A DNA stretch of 59,487 bases, the filler included. It is 5 parts of 5 records of this genome, joined end to end, with 100 filler letters (N's around TTAATTAATTAA, not from the genome) between each part and the next. Parts side by side here need not be neighbours in the genome. Positions count along the whole stretch, not along the records: positions 37,321 to 48,453 come from SRR22947727_6016; positions 48,554 to 59,487 come from SRR22947727_6017; 3 more parts are not named here. The stretch is one strand, 5' to 3'. The notes under the pieces are model-generated. The model had not been told where the DNA came from and ran no database searches. It saw only the letters and a list, made by a program, of their open reading frames with translations. A program made the position numbers and the translations under genes. Below are positions 37,923 to 49,318 of the stretch, one piece after another. The number at the start of each line of letters is the position of its first letter. Position 1 is the first letter of the stretch.

Positions 37923-38137
37923 AGCGCCACCTCTTACGTTTTTAGTGGGGGGATATGGCAGTATCCCTACCACTTGGTGCCTGCTCTACAGAGTGCTGCC
38001 GATTGCTACACCCCTACCACATATGGTTATATGGATTGACCTTCCTGTAAAGCTAAATCTTTCCAGGACCTACAATAAGTTGTGGATATCTTGATTATGC
38101 CTACGACATAGGCGGATATCAGCCGTTATTTTAGGGC

Positions 38138-38170
38138 AAAAAATTAGGCTGGTTCCAAAAGGAACCAGCC
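38138..38170 (-). terminator. intrinsic terminator after ubiK
   Basis: GGCTGGTTCC-N4-GGAACCAGCC followed by TAATTTTTT on the minus strand. Confidence 0.75.
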
Positions 38171-38222
38171 GCATATTTCTGCTTAATCGGGTTCAGAAAA
38201 ACCGCTCAGCGTCTTAAGAATT

Positions 38223-38465
38223 TTATTTTCTCTGCTCCAACGCCTCGAGCCGCACGGCCAGTTCGGCATTTTCTTCACGCGCTTTGCGCGCCATAGCCTG
38301 CACCGCATCAAATTCCTCACGGGTGACAAAATCACGATCAGCCAACCAACGGTCAATCATTGACTTCATCGCCGTTTCAGCTTCTTCGCGCGCACCTTGT
38401 GCCACCCCCATTGCGTTGGTCATCAGTTGAGAAATATCGTCAAACATTTTATTTCTGGTTTGCAT
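38223..38465 (-). CDS. ubiK: accessory factor UbiK / BMFP family
   Basis: DFVTREEFDAV motif and C-terminal coiled coil. Confidence 0.82.
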   Translation of the reverse strand: MQTRNKMFDDISQLMTNAMGVAQGAREEAETAMKSMIDRWLADRDFVTREEFDAVQAMARKAREENAELAVRLEALEQRK

Positions 38466-38570
38466 TGGACGCTCCATCGTTACACTTACCTCTTATATGG
38501 GGCTTTCCACGCATAGTCTCAAGCACCAGTTTACATTCTGCGGTGTTCATGAGATCGCTAGAGAGGCAAA

Positions 38571-39446
38571 ATGATTATATTTCCTGATATCTCTCCTGAG
38601 ATTTTCTCAATCTCTGTTTTCGGATTGTCCTTCTCCGTTCGTTGGTACGCTTTGTCCTATATTGTCGGTATTTTATTGGCATGGCGCATGGCGCTTGTCG
38701 CGTTGCGCCGATCAGAGCTTTGGCCCAAAAACCTTGCGCCAATGGCCGCTCGGGACTTTGAAGACCTGCTAACCTGGATGATCCTTGGCATCTTACTTGG
38801 GGGGCGCTTGGGTTATGTGCTATTTTATCAGCCTGCCTATTACGTGGCACACCCTTTTGAAATTGTAATGATCTGGACGGGCGGTATGGCCTTTCACGGT
38901 GGTTTGCTGGGGGTCGTAATCGCAGCGTTTTTTTACTTTCGCCGCAATCTTGTTCCTTATGCAAGCGGCGCGGATGTGATCGCCCTATCGACGCCCATTG
39001 GGCTTTTGCTTGGGCGCTTGGCAAATTTTATCAATGCCGAGCTCTGGGGGCGGCCCACAGATCTGCCATGGGGGGTGGCGTTTCCCGGCCAGGCCGCACA
39101 AGCCTGTGGCCAAGCCGCGGGCCTCTGTGCGCGCCATCCCTCGCAGCTTTATGAAGCAGCGCTTGAGGGTTTGTTGCTGGGCCTGGTGTTGGCCGCGATG
39201 GCGTTTCGCTACGATGCGCTGAAGCGCCCCGGCTTGATCACTGGCGCTTTCTTTACAATATACGGGCTGTCGCGCTGCATTGTTGAATTGGTGCGCCAGC
39301 CCGATGCGCAGTTTCAAAGCCCCGAAAATCCTTTGGGATATGCGCTGAACTTTGACGGCTTTGGGCTTACGATGGGGCAGCTTTTATCACTGCCGATGGC
39401 TCTTTTGGGCATGGCTTTGATACTGCGGGCTTTTCGCAAATCATGA
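38571..39446 (+). CDS. lgt: prolipoprotein diacylglyceryl transferase
   Basis: RWYAL, GGRLGYVLFY, GGMAFHGG, GRLANFINAELWG, HPSQLYE. Confidence 0.96.
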   Translation: MIIFPDISPEIFSISVFGLSFSVRWYALSYIVGILLAWRMALVALRRSELWPKNLAPMAARDFEDLLTWMILGILLGGRLGYVLFYQPAYYVAHPFEIVMIWTGGMAFHGGLLGVVIAAFFYFRRNLVPYASGADVIALSTPIGLLLGRLANFINAELWGRPTDLPWGVAFPGQAAQACGQAAGLCARHPSQLYEAALEGLLLGLVLAAMAFRYDALKRPGLITGAFFTIYGLSRCIVELVRQPDAQFQSPENPLGYALNFDGFGLTMGQLLSLPMALLGMALILRAFRKS

Positions 39447-40507
39447 CTGCGCTTGCACCACTTCTTAAACAGCGCATCGCGCAAACCGGCCCCATTGCGA
39501 TAAGCGAATATATGCAGACCTGTTTGCTGCATCCCAAGCATGGCTATTACACAACCCAAGCAGTTTTCGGCCAGCAAGGCGATTTCGTGACGGCGCCTGA
39601 AATTAGCCAAATGTTCGGCGAATTATTGGGCCTCTGTTTGGCACAAACCTGGCAGGATCAAGGGCGCCCCGATCGCTTTATCCTTTTAGAACTGGGCCCT
39701 GGGCGCGGCACTTTAATGGCAGATATTTTGCATGCCACACGCACTCTTGATGGGTTTCATGCCGGTGCCCAAATTCATCTACTGGAAGCCTCGCGTCAAC
39801 TGCGCGCTTTGCAAAAAGAAAAACTGCAGCCGTTTCAACCCGTCTGGGTTGAGCAGGTTGCAGATCTTCCAAATCTTCCCATTTTCTGCATCGCCAATGA
39901 ATTTTTTGACGCGCTTCCCATCCGGCAATTCCAATTCGAAGCCACTGGCTGGCACGAACGCCTGATCGGTTTGAGGAATGGGGCTTTTCACATTGGCTTA
40001 ACCAGCGCGCCTACCCACCTTCCGGCATTAGACCATAGGGTTGGCGAAGTTCAAATTGGCGATATTGTTGAACTGAATACCGGCGGTCAAGCGATTGCCA
40101 AACAACTTGGCCATCATATAGAAGCGCAGGGCGGGGCCGCGTTGCTGATCGATTATGGCGATTGGGAAACTTTGGGGGATACGCTGCAAGCGGTGTACCA
40201 ACATGACCTAACCGAGTTTTTAAGCGCACCCGGATTGGCGGATCTTTCTGCGCATGTCGATTTTGCGGCTTTGGTATCAAACCTTGCCTGCAAACACAGC
40301 CGGCTCACCCCGCAAGGCGTTCTGCTCGAACGTCTGGGAATAACCGCCCGCGCGCAAGCTTTGGCCAAACGCTTAAGCGGCATGGCACTAGACCAACATA
40401 TCGCAGCGCATAAACGCTTGACCCATCCTGCGGAAATGGGAAATCTGTTCAAAGCCATCGCGCTATACCCATCCACAACCCACGCGCCTGCAGGATTCAC
40501 TGAATGA
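39443..40507 (+). CDS. SAM-dependent methyltransferase, MidA/NDUFAF7 family
   Basis: GDFVTAPEISQMFGE, ELGPGRGTL, ANEFFDALP, IDYG, MGNLFK. Confidence 0.9.
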   Translation: MTALAPLLKQRIAQTGPIAISEYMQTCLLHPKHGYYTTQAVFGQQGDFVTAPEISQMFGELLGLCLAQTWQDQGRPDRFILLELGPGRGTLMADILHATRTLDGFHAGAQIHLLEASRQLRALQKEKLQPFQPVWVEQVADLPNLPIFCIANEFFDALPIRQFQFEATGWHERLIGLRNGAFHIGLTSAPTHLPALDHRVGEVQIGDIVELNTGGQAIAKQLGHHIEAQGGAALLIDYGDWETLGDTLQAVYQHDLTEFLSAPGLADLSAHVDFAALVSNLACKHSRLTPQGVLLERLGITARAQALAKRLSGMALDQHIAAHKRLTHPAEMGNLFKAIALYPSTTHAPAGFTE

Positions 40508-41265
40508 GTTTGAAACGCCTAACATCCCCGCTTTTATCACCGATAAACCACGGATTTTATACGCGGCTTGGCGGCGCCTCTTCAGGTATTTTTGAAGGGC
40601 TGAACTGCGGCACCGGATCTTCGGATCAAGCTGAAATCGTGCAGATCAACCGAAGCCGCGTGGCAGAAGATATGGGCGGTGATTTAAGCGATCTTGTCAC
40701 GGTTTACCAAACCCATTCCGCAACCGCGCTGACAATCGCCTCGACCGGAAATCCAGAAACCGCAGCAGATGCCATGGTTTGCGCATCGCCCAATATTACC
40801 TTGGCTGTGCTGACGGCCGATTGCCAGCCCGTGCTATTCGCCGACCCCAATGCCAAGATCATTGGGGCTGCCCATGCCGGTTGGCGCGGCGCTTTGAACG
40901 GAGTGCTGGACGCCACAATCGACGCTATGGAAGGGTTGGGCGCACAGCGCGAAAACATTGTCGGGGTGATCGGACCCTGCATCAGCCAGCCCGCTTATGA
41001 AGTTGGCCAAGACTTAATCGAACGCTTCTTAGATGCAAGCCCCGATAACCACTGTTTTTTTAGCAACGCCAAAGCCCCCGAGAAATATCTATTCAACCTG
41101 CCAGGCTATGGACTGTTTAGATTGCGAAAAGCGGGAATAAAAGCAGCCGAATGGACGCAATATTGTACCTATTCAGACCCCAAACGCTTTTTTTCATATC
41201 GGCGCGCCACGCATCAGAAACAAGCGGATTACGGGCGTTTGATTTCCACCATACGGCTTTCTTGA
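40504..41265 (+). CDS. pgeF: PgeF/YfiH family protein
   Basis: HGFYTRLGG, TADCQP, AHAGWRG, GPCI, FFSYRR. Confidence 0.92.
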   Translation: MSLKRLTSPLLSPINHGFYTRLGGASSGIFEGLNCGTGSSDQAEIVQINRSRVAEDMGGDLSDLVTVYQTHSATALTIASTGNPETAADAMVCASPNITLAVLTADCQPVLFADPNAKIIGAAHAGWRGALNGVLDATIDAMEGLGAQRENIVGVIGPCISQPAYEVGQDLIERFLDASPDNHCFFSNAKAPEKYLFNLPGYGLFRLRKAGIKAAEWTQYCTYSDPKRFFSYRRATHQKQADYGRLISTIRLS

Positions 41266-41292
41266 GCCTGCACCGCGTCTTGCAAAGCGGCG

Positions 41293-41793
41293 TTACGCTT
41301 TTTTGGCCAATCGCTCTTCTAAAACGTCAAAGGGCACGCCAGGCTCTTCCTTCGCGCCCCGGATAACCAAGGATGTTTTCACGCTTCCCACATTCTCTGC
41401 GGTGAGTAAATCCGAGGTAAGAAACGTTTGAAAACTGCTCAGATCAGGCGCAACACATTTAAGCATGAAATCAACTTCGCCGTTCAACATATGACATTCG
41501 CGCACCAGCGGCCAGTCAACGCAGCGATCTTCAAAGGCCCGCAAATCTGACTCTGCCTGGCTTTGCAGCCCTACCATGGCAAAAACTTGAACTTCAAAGC
41601 CCAATTGCCGGCTGTCAACTTTGGCATGATAGCCTTGAACAAAGCCCTGATCTTCCAATGCGCGCACGCGGCGCAGACATGGCGGCGCTGAAATTCCAAC
41701 ACGGCGTGCCAATTCTACATTCGTCATTCGGCCATCGGCCTGCAACTCAGCTAAAATGAGCCTATCAATAGGGTCTAAACGGGTTAACGGCAT
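41293..41793 (-). CDS. Lrp/AsnC family transcriptional regulator
   Basis: LDPIDRLIL...GRMTNVELA...PCLRRVRALE, ECHMLNGEVDF. Confidence 0.93.
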   Translation of the reverse strand: MPLTRLDPIDRLILAELQADGRMTNVELARRVGISAPPCLRRVRALEDQGFVQGYHAKVDSRQLGFEVQVFAMVGLQSQAESDLRAFEDRCVDWPLVRECHMLNGEVDFMLKCVAPDLSSFQTFLTSDLLTAENVGSVKTSLVIRGAKEEPGVPFDVLEERLAKKA

Positions 41794-41886
41794 TTAAATT
41801 CTCCACAAGCTACGTTTTTCTTACAGCAAGCAAGCCCTACGCGCAATAATATTTCACAAAGCCGCAAGATTATTCCAACTCGTTGA

Positions 41887-42930
<1,044 letters not shown>

Positions 42931-43133
42931 AATATACTAGTCAGACTGTCACAGGACGCAATGCGGGCCTCTATATCTGAAAGTGAATATATTTCAGGGG
43001 CCTTGCCACGGCAAAATCGCCTGTCAAAGCTCCAGCATGATCGCTCGCCTGATCCTAAAAATATCTGCGTAAAAAACCGAGACAAGTGGTTTGGAGTTGT
43101 CTTAGAGCTGCAAATCAACCCTCAACAGCTCGC

Positions 43134-43553
43134 CTATTTTCTTGCTTTTTGAATTTTAATCGTTTGCACCACAGTCTCGGGTTGAGTTTGCGTTAAATCA
43201 ATATGCAGTAAACCATTTTCCATGAGCGCTTCGCCCACATCCACACCGTCGGCCAAAACAAAACTGCGCTGAAACTGACGCGCCCCAATCCCGCGATGCA
43301 AAAACACACGCGTGTCACTTGTCTCTTGCTGCCGCCCTCGAATAAGCAATTGGCGATCCTCAAGCGTGATCGATAAATCTTCCTCGCGAAACCCCGCAAC
43401 GGCAAGCGTAATCCGATAAGAGCTGGCCGAGGTTTGCTCAATGTTAAAAGGCGGGTATCCTTCATTCCCAGATTTCGCCGCGCGCTCAAGCAGCCGTTCC
43501 AGTTGCTCAAACCCCAGCATATGCGGGTAAGACCCCAAATTTAATTTTGCCAT
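43134..43553 (-). CDS. small heat shock protein (Hsp20/IbpA family)
   Basis: YPPFNIE, LAVAGF, FLHRGI, MENGLLHIDL; start at MAKLNLG with AAGGA RBS. Confidence 0.92.
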   Translation of the reverse strand: MAKLNLGSYPHMLGFEQLERLLERAAKSGNEGYPPFNIEQTSASSYRITLAVAGFREEDLSITLEDRQLLIRGRQQETSDTRVFLHRGIGARQFQRSFVLADGVDVGEALMENGLLHIDLTQTQPETVVQTIKIQKARK

Positions 43554-43610
43554 CGACACGTCCTTTTTAGAAGCGACAGTCCGTAAAAAGCCCCAATCTG
43601 GCGGCTCTTG
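43554..43610 (-). ncRNA. ROSE-like RNA thermometer in the hsp20 5' UTR
   Basis: UTR has a 5' hairpin AAGAGCC/GGCUUUU and a 3' hairpin GUC-G(bulge)-CUU pairing with the SD AAGGAC (UCGCU motif). Confidence 0.7.
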
Positions 43611-43616
43611 CAGTAG

Positions 43617-43645
43617 ATATGGGAAACCAACATGATAAAGACAAG
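43617..43645 (-). promoter_or_regulatory. RpoH (sigma32) promoter of hsp20
   Basis: Minus strand CTTG-N18-CCCATAT immediately upstream of the ROSE-like UTR. Confidence 0.75.
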
Positions 43646-43704
43646 GGCTTTGCAGCCCAACGCCTTTCCGGTAAACTAGAATCGTAACAATCCAGTAGAT
43701 GTGA

Positions 43705-43929
43705 ATGATCAATACCAGCGACCCCGCCTTAGAAAATGATGAAGTTTTAAAGATCCAATTGGCAGTGTTTAAAAGCGAACACCGCGATCTGGATGATGCG
43801 ATAGGCGCTCTGGTTGAGAAGGGCACCGCAGATCAACTGACCCTGCAGCGGCTTAAGAAAAGAAAATTGGCGCTTAAAGATAAAATATCGCGTTTAGAGG
43901 ACCGTTTGACCCCTGACATTATTGCCTAA
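43705..43929 (+). CDS. DUF465 / YdcH family protein
   Basis: EHRDLD...RLKKRKLALKD...PDIIA. Confidence 0.85.
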   Translation: MINTSDPALENDEVLKIQLAVFKSEHRDLDDAIGALVEKGTADQLTLQRLKKRKLALKDKISRLEDRLTPDIIA

Positions 43930-43975
43930 GCTAGGGCAATCCTTATACTGAGCGTTTGAAGCCAAGGACCAAAGA

Positions 43976-44464
43976 ATGACACAGCCGGACATCGGAATAA
44001 TTATGGGCAGCCAATCAGATTGGCCAACCCTGCGCAACGCTGCCGAAATTTTGGATGATTTACATCTTCCCTATGAAACCAAAATCGTATCGGCCCACCG
44101 CACCCCAGACCGTTTGTGGACCTATGGTAAAACCGCGATCGATCGGGGTTTAAAGGTGATTATTGCCGGCGCTGGTGGGGCAGCGCATTTGCCTGGCATG
44201 ATGGCGTCAAAAACCCCGTTGCCGGTGATTGGCGTGCCCATACAAACGAAAGCCTTATCAGGTGTGGATAGCCTCTATTCGATCGTACAAATGCCAAAAG
44301 GCTTTCCCGTAGCAACGATGGCGATTGGGGCTGCAGGGGCTCAAAACGCGGGGCTGATGGCCGCTGCAATTTTGGCCTTGAGCGATCCAGAGCTTGCGGC
44401 GCGTTTGGCGCAGTGGCGCGCCAATCTCACCGCTTCAATCGCGGATGAACCCCTTGATGAATGA
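43976..44464 (+). CDS. purE: N5-CAIR mutase
   Basis: [31 protein letters not shown]. Confidence 0.97.
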   Translation: MTQPDIGIIMGSQSDWPTLRNAAEILDDLHLPYETKIVSAHRTPDRLWTYGKTAIDRGLKVIIAGAGGAAHLPGMMASKTPLPVIGVPIQTKALSGVDSLYSIVQMPKGFPVATMAIGAAGAQNAGLMAAAILALSDPELAARLAQWRANLTASIADEPLDE

Positions 44465-45530
44465 GCCTTTAAAAACTGGCGCCGTGATTGGTATTTTGGG
44501 CGGTGGACAATTGGGCCGGATGCTTTGCAATGCCGCCAGCAGGTTGGGGCTGCGCGCACATATTTTCGATCCCGCCTCAGCGCCCCCTGCCGCCGATGTG
44601 GCTTACGCCACCACCTGCGCCACCTATGAGGATGAGACTGCGTTGCGCCGCTTTGCAGCCGATGTTGATGTGATCACCTATGAGTTTGAAAATATCCCCA
44701 CATCGGCTTTGGATATTTTAGAAAAGCTTTGCCCAATTCGACCCGGGCGTGAAGCCTTGCGTATTTCCCAAGACCGTTTGACGGAAAAAGATTTTCTAAC
44801 AGGCTTGGGGTTGAAAACAGCCTCCTATCGCGCGGTTGATACGCGCCAAGACCTGACCGAAGCCGTGGACGCGCTAGGGCTGCCCGCCATATTGAAAACC
44901 CGGCGCTTTGGCTATGATGGCAAAGGGCAAGCGCGCTTATCCACCCAAGAAGATCAGGCTCCGGCCATCGCTGATATGGCCGGGCAAGCGGCAATTTTAG
45001 AGGGCTTCATTTCCTTTTCAAAAGAAATTTCAATCATTGGCGCGCGCAACAGCGCCGGCGATGTGGCTTGCTTTGACCCGGGCGAAAACATCCACCAAGC
45101 GGGGATTTTGCGTACGACCAGCGTACCTGCGCAAATCAACGCCACGCAGCGGATGGATGCGGTGCTTTTGGCCGCCAAAATTATGAATGCGCTGGATTAT
45201 GTAGGCGTTATGGGCGTTGAGCTTTTCGTCACTGGGCAGGGTCTAATCGTCAATGAAATCGCCCCACGGGTTCACAATTCGGGGCATTGGACGCAAAATG
45301 GCTGCGCGGTTGATCAGTTTGAACAGCATATACGCGCCATCGCCAATTGGCCGTTGGCCGATGGCAGCCGGCATAGCGATGTCACAATGACAAATTTGAT
45401 CGGGAATGATCTTGACGCGCTTGAAGCCCTGTCTTCGCAAGCCGGCACCGCGCTGCATTTATATGGCAAAGCCGAGATAAAACCGGGCCGTAAAATGGGC
45501 CATTATAACAGCGTCCGGCCCAAAAGCTAA
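44457..45530 (+). CDS. purK: N5-CAIR synthetase
   Basis: [41 protein letters not shown]. Confidence 0.96.
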   Translation: MNEPLKTGAVIGILGGGQLGRMLCNAASRLGLRAHIFDPASAPPAADVAYATTCATYEDETALRRFAADVDVITYEFENIPTSALDILEKLCPIRPGREALRISQDRLTEKDFLTGLGLKTASYRAVDTRQDLTEAVDALGLPAILKTRRFGYDGKGQARLSTQEDQAPAIADMAGQAAILEGFISFSKEISIIGARNSAGDVACFDPGENIHQAGILRTTSVPAQINATQRMDAVLLAAKIMNALDYVGVMGVELFVTGQGLIVNEIAPRVHNSGHWTQNGCAVDQFEQHIRAIANWPLADGSRHSDVTMTNLIGNDLDALEALSSQAGTALHLYGKAEIKPGRKMGHYNSVRPKS

Positions 45531-45570
45531 CGCGCCGTGGAGCGAAAGGCCGTTAGGCAAGCGCATTATC

Positions 45571-46716
45571 TCAAACAAGGCCTGTCATCCTTGCCGCCAA
45601 ACTTCCTGTAAGATGCACAGCTCGACCCTGTGCAAACGTGCCTTCGACTGCGCGACTGCGCCCCTCCAACACCACCATATCAGCCCGTTGCCCAATGGCC
45701 AGATGCCCCCGATCATTGAGGCCCAAAATCTGGGCAGGGCGGGACGAGACCAACGCCCACGCCTTGGCAATGCCAATATCAGCCTCTAAGCTTAGCGCGG
45801 CCTGGCAAAGCGATGGGTAATGATAATCCGAGGCCAAAGCATCGCAAAGCCCCTCTGCCAACAAGGTCGAAACGCCAATATTGCCTTTATGCGATCCACC
45901 CCGCAACAAATTTGGCGCACCCATTATTACCGGCGAACCAAGGGTATGGGCCTGTTTTGCAACCTCATAGGTTTCCGGAAATTCACAAATCGAAACGCCC
46001 ATCTGCGCCCAAATCTGACGCTGTTGAGCGCTGCGGTCATCATGGCTGCCCAATATCGTCTGCGCTCTGAGCAGTGCTCTTAATCGCAATAGTGCGGCAG
46101 GAACTTGATCATGCGCGTCATGCATCTGCTTTAACAACGCCAGATGTGCTTCAGGATTGCGGCCGCTTTTTAATGCCTGACCCGTCAATCGGGGGGGGCG
46201 TTTTCCTGCGGCCAGTGCCCCGTGGGGAATATGATCATTGAACACGATATAGGGCACTTGGAACCTGGTGCACAAATCTGCAAAGCGCTCATAATGATCC
46301 AGCATATGCGTTTCAAAGCGCATCTGCGCGCGCAGGGTTAACGGGCTGCTTTGTTGAAAACATTGCAAGGCCTGCAAAAACTTTTCAGCAAATTCGGGGC
46401 CGCGCATGCCCCCTTCCCAGCTGTAAAATTGCGCCAGACACGCCGTGGTAATCCCATGCGCCGCCAATTCAGATTGTACGGCAGAAAATCCTGTTTGCAA
46501 ATTTTTCACCGCGCCCCGCCTTGGCGCAAGATGGCGCTCAAACCCATCGCCATGCAGGTCAATAATCCCTGGCAGCACAAGAAATCCGTCTAGATCAAAT
46601 GCAACGCTTTGCGGGGCGCTCGCTACCACGCCCTTTTCAATATGCAAGGGTGCACGCGCCACGCCCGCTGGCGTTAAAACATCGGCATTGTAAAAAGAGA
46701 AAGAACTACCGGTCAT
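45571..46716 (-). CDS. phnM: alpha-D-ribose 1-methylphosphonate 5-triphosphate diphosphatase-like amidohydrolase
   Basis: [29 protein letters not shown]. Confidence 0.82.
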   Translation of the reverse strand: MTGSSFSFYNADVLTPAGVARAPLHIEKGVVASAPQSVAFDLDGFLVLPGIIDLHGDGFERHLAPRRGAVKNLQTGFSAVQSELAAHGITTACLAQFYSWEGGMRGPEFAEKFLQALQCFQQSSPLTLRAQMRFETHMLDHYERFADLCTRFQVPYIVFNDHIPHGALAAGKRPPRLTGQALKSGRNPEAHLALLKQMHDAHDQVPAALLRLRALLRAQTILGSHDDRSAQQRQIWAQMGVSICEFPETYEVAKQAHTLGSPVIMGAPNLLRGGSHKGNIGVSTLLAEGLCDALASDYHYPSLCQAALSLEADIGIAKAWALVSSRPAQILGLNDRGHLAIGQRADMVVLEGRSRAVEGTFAQGRAVHLTGSLAARMTGLV

Positions 46717-47431
46717 TAATCAGCACGTTTTGCAACGCCTCACGATCACTCATCTCAGGATCAAACTGGCCCGTTTCAAGATAATCAAGCGTTTGCGCCA
46801 AAACATTTGGCGCATTCATGATGAACGTATGCGTGACTGGCAGAATGATATGATCGCGCATTCCCTCAACCTTGGTGGCTGCAACCGATACTTTCCCGTC
46901 ATCCGCCCCATCAATCAATGCAGAATAAGCAGGGTTTAGCGTGTGAGATCCGGCTATAATTCCCAAATCAAAGGTGACCGCGGGCAAACTCAATACCAAA
47001 CCATCCGTCCCCAATTGCGCTCCCGCCGGGCCATTGATCCACTTAAAGGGCGGTAAGGGCCCCAAAATATCAACCAGCTCACTGCCTTGATTGGGCGGTG
47101 CCAGCATAACCACGCGGCCAAGATTGTCGGGGGTTTGATGTGCCAGCCAATAGCGGGCCAAGATACCCCCCATGGAATGCGTTACCAAATGGGTTTTCGC
47201 GCTTCCACAGGCGGCAAACCCCTGCGGCAATGCGAAATCAGACAAAGACTGAATAGTTTGTTTGGTTGAAGGATAATTTACTTTTACCGTTTGATACCCT
47301 TGCCGCTGCAACACCTCTTCCAGCAAAACCAGCGAAAACGCGGACCGCCCCAGCCCATGCAACAACACCACACAATCTGCAGAAACAGGCTGTATGAACC
47401 CCGCGATAAAAAGAAAAAGATAGCGGATCAT
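46706..47431 (-). CDS. exported alpha/beta hydrolase
   Basis: Signal-like N-terminus, LLHGLGR, THSMGG nucleophile elbow, DGKV, THTF. Confidence 0.85.
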   Translation of the reverse strand: MIRYLFLFIAGFIQPVSADCVVLLHGLGRSAFSLVLLEEVLQRQGYQTVKVNYPSTKQTIQSLSDFALPQGFAACGSAKTHLVTHSMGGILARYWLAHQTPDNLGRVVMLAPPNQGSELVDILGPLPPFKWINGPAGAQLGTDGLVLSLPAVTFDLGIIAGSHTLNPAYSALIDGADDGKVSVAATKVEGMRDHIILPVTHTFIMNAPNVLAQTLDYLETGQFDPEMSDREALQNVLINDR

Positions 47432-48315
47432 TTTGCCCTCTTGGCGGTAGATTCGCGATCGCCGCCTTTGCCCGGCGCATCAAAAGACCAGGTTGCAAAG
47501 CCAATACCACCCAAGACAACCGCGCTGGCAAAGATAAACTGCCAAGTCATGGCTTCAGATAAAAACACCATACCGCCGAAAGCTGCCAAGACCGGCACGC
47601 TTAACTGCGCTATTCCCGCCACAGCAGTAGATAAACGCGGCAATACTGAATACCAAAGCGCGTAGCCCATTCCGGAAGTCACCGCGCCGGACACCACCGC
47701 CAGAACACCCCCGTATAGGCTTAGCTGCGCAGGAAGCAGATATAAGACGGCCGCCGCAAAAAACCCTATATAAAAGAAATTAGCGCCGGTATCGGCCAAA
47801 GCATCAAGGCTTGCGCGCCCCAACAGCGAATACACCCCCCAGCCGATACCAGCTGCCAGCATCAGCGCGGCGCCCCATGGATCAATGGCAGCGTGCTGCG
47901 TCGGCCAAAGCAGCCAGACCAACCCCGCAAAAGCGATCAAAGCTCCGATCCATTTCCGCGCTGTCAGATGCTCTTTTTTAATCAATGCGCCTGCAAACAT
48001 CACAAGCTGGATCACGCCAAAAAGGATCAAAGCGCCAATCCCCGTTGGCAGCGAAATATACGCCAGCGAAAACGCAACCGCGTATAAGCTTAGGCTGATC
48101 ACACCCCAAAATTTGAACGCTGGAACCTGAAGCCGCTTATCGCGCCACCCAATCAACAACATCAAACAAAGCGCCCCCGACAGCAAACGTATCGCGGCAA
48201 AGGCCCATGGCTCAAGCCTTTCAGCTCCAAGATCAGGCGCAAGCGCCGCACGATTCAGAACTGAATTGGCCGCAAATGCCAGCATCGTCAATGTGGTGAG
48301 TAAAATTAAGCGCAT
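47428..48315 (-). CDS. DMT/EamA family transporter
   Basis: [10 protein letters not shown], about 10 hydrophobic segments, GYALWY, QLSVPV. Confidence 0.85.
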   Translation of the reverse strand: MRLILLTTLTMLAFAANSVLNRAALAPDLGAERLEPWAFAAIRLLSGALCLMLLIGWRDKRLQVPAFKFWGVISLSLYAVAFSLAYISLPTGIGALILFGVIQLVMFAGALIKKEHLTARKWIGALIAFAGLVWLLWPTQHAAIDPWGAALMLAAGIGWGVYSLLGRASLDALADTGANFFYIGFFAAAVLYLLPAQLSLYGGVLAVVSGAVTSGMGYALWYSVLPRLSTAVAGIAQLSVPVLAAFGGMVFLSEAMTWQFIFASAVVLGGIGFATWSFDAPGKGGDRESTAKRAK

Positions 48316-48366
48316 CCAAGTTTTCCTCAACCGCTCGGCTTTACTGGCCCTAGCGCAAGTTGAGGC

Positions 48367-48397
48367 AAAAAAAAAGGCCCAGCTACACAGCTGGGCC
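48367..48397 (-). terminator. intrinsic terminator of groEL
   Basis: GGCCCAGCT-N4-AGCTGGGCC followed by T9 on the minus strand. Confidence 0.85.
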
Positions 48398-48422
48398 CCA
48401 ATCTTTTTTGCGGTTAAGCAGC

Positions 48423-48453
48423 TTACATCATGCCGCCCATGCCGCCCATGCCG
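48423..48453 (-). CDS. groEL: C-terminal tail of chaperonin GroEL
   Basis: Reads GMGGMGGMM* at the contig end. Confidence 0.8.
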
Positions 48454-48553
48454 NNNNNNNNNNNNNNNNNNNNNNNNNNNNNNNNNNNNNNNNNNNNTTA
48501 ATTAATTAANNNNNNNNNNNNNNNNNNNNNNNNNNNNNNNNNNNNNNNNNNNN
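48454..48553. other. artificial contig spacer
   Basis: N44-TTAATTAATTAA-N44. Confidence 0.98.
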
Positions 48554-48644
48554 GGATTGATCATCCTCAAGAGAGGACGCGCTGTAAGCAGCAGAGGGGT
48601 TACCGGACGAGTCGTTCAAGGATTGATCCCTCGCCCGCTGCGAA

Positions 48645-49037
48645 TCAGGCATCCCAACGGGTCACAACAAGTTCGATCGACCCATCTTGACAATCACGCT
48701 GCTCAGCAACGTCGAAGCCCTCGGTAAGAGAAGCCTTTAATACCGTGTTGAGGGCATAACGCTGTGTAAGACGAGATAAAAACCGCTCGATCGGCATGGA
48801 CTGGCGCCACAGATCCAAATCGGTCACGAACTCATAGGCACCATTGGCTTCATTCCAAACAAAACCAAAATCAGCAGAATCCTGAAGCGTGACCGCCAAT
48901 TCGGCTTCCACGGTTTGGCCGCGATAACCCCGGACGGGATGGCCTCCCTGTTTGGGCTCGTAACCAAGATCCTCTAGGGCGGAGACCAAGGACTCACGCT
49001 GGCGAAGTTCTGTTTTGACAGTACTGAAATGGGACAT
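48645..49037 (-). CDS. ycf35: DUF1257 / Ycf35 family protein
   Basis: MSHFSTVKT, VRGYRGQ, LTQRYA, ELVVTRW. Confidence 0.85.
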   Translation of the reverse strand: MSHFSTVKTELRQRESLVSALEDLGYEPKQGGHPVRGYRGQTVEAELAVTLQDSADFGFVWNEANGAYEFVTDLDLWRQSMPIERFLSRLTQRYALNTVLKASLTEGFDVAEQRDCQDGSIELVVTRWDA

Positions 49038-49240
49038 CAGGAGGGCTCTACGAACTGTGACTGGGACTGGGTTTGGGTTGTAACGAAGGCATCAGACGTT
49101 GGCTGACGGCGTTCCACCGTGCCTAAGGCTGATTCCAACCGTTCCGTCAGTTGCAGACAAGCGTCACCTTCAACGCCTTCCACCTGTTCCTCGACGCGAC
49201 CGTCAGGACGAATTCGGAAACGAAGCGTGCGCTCAGGCAT
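49037..49240 (-). CDS. DUF2997 family protein
   Basis: FRIRPDGRVEEQVEGVEGDAC...LESALG; coupled to ycf35. Confidence 0.8.
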   Translation of the reverse strand: MPERTLRFRIRPDGRVEEQVEGVEGDACLQLTERLESALGTVERRQPTSDAFVTTQTQSQSQFVEPS

Positions 49241-49318
49241 GCACCACAACATCCAACAATGAACAGATGTTAAAGGCGAGAACGCGAAGCTGATGGGGGG
49301 TCGTGTCAGTTCGTCCTA

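Noticed and set aside
38081-38089. DnaA-box-like TGTGGATAT suggesting an origin
   Set aside because: A single 8/9 match, with no box cluster or origin-linked genes
48344-48353. TauR-like CTGGCCCTAG upstream of the DMT gene (also CCGGCCCTAA at 26494)
   Set aside because: Isolated copies with no partner at 23 nt; likely chance
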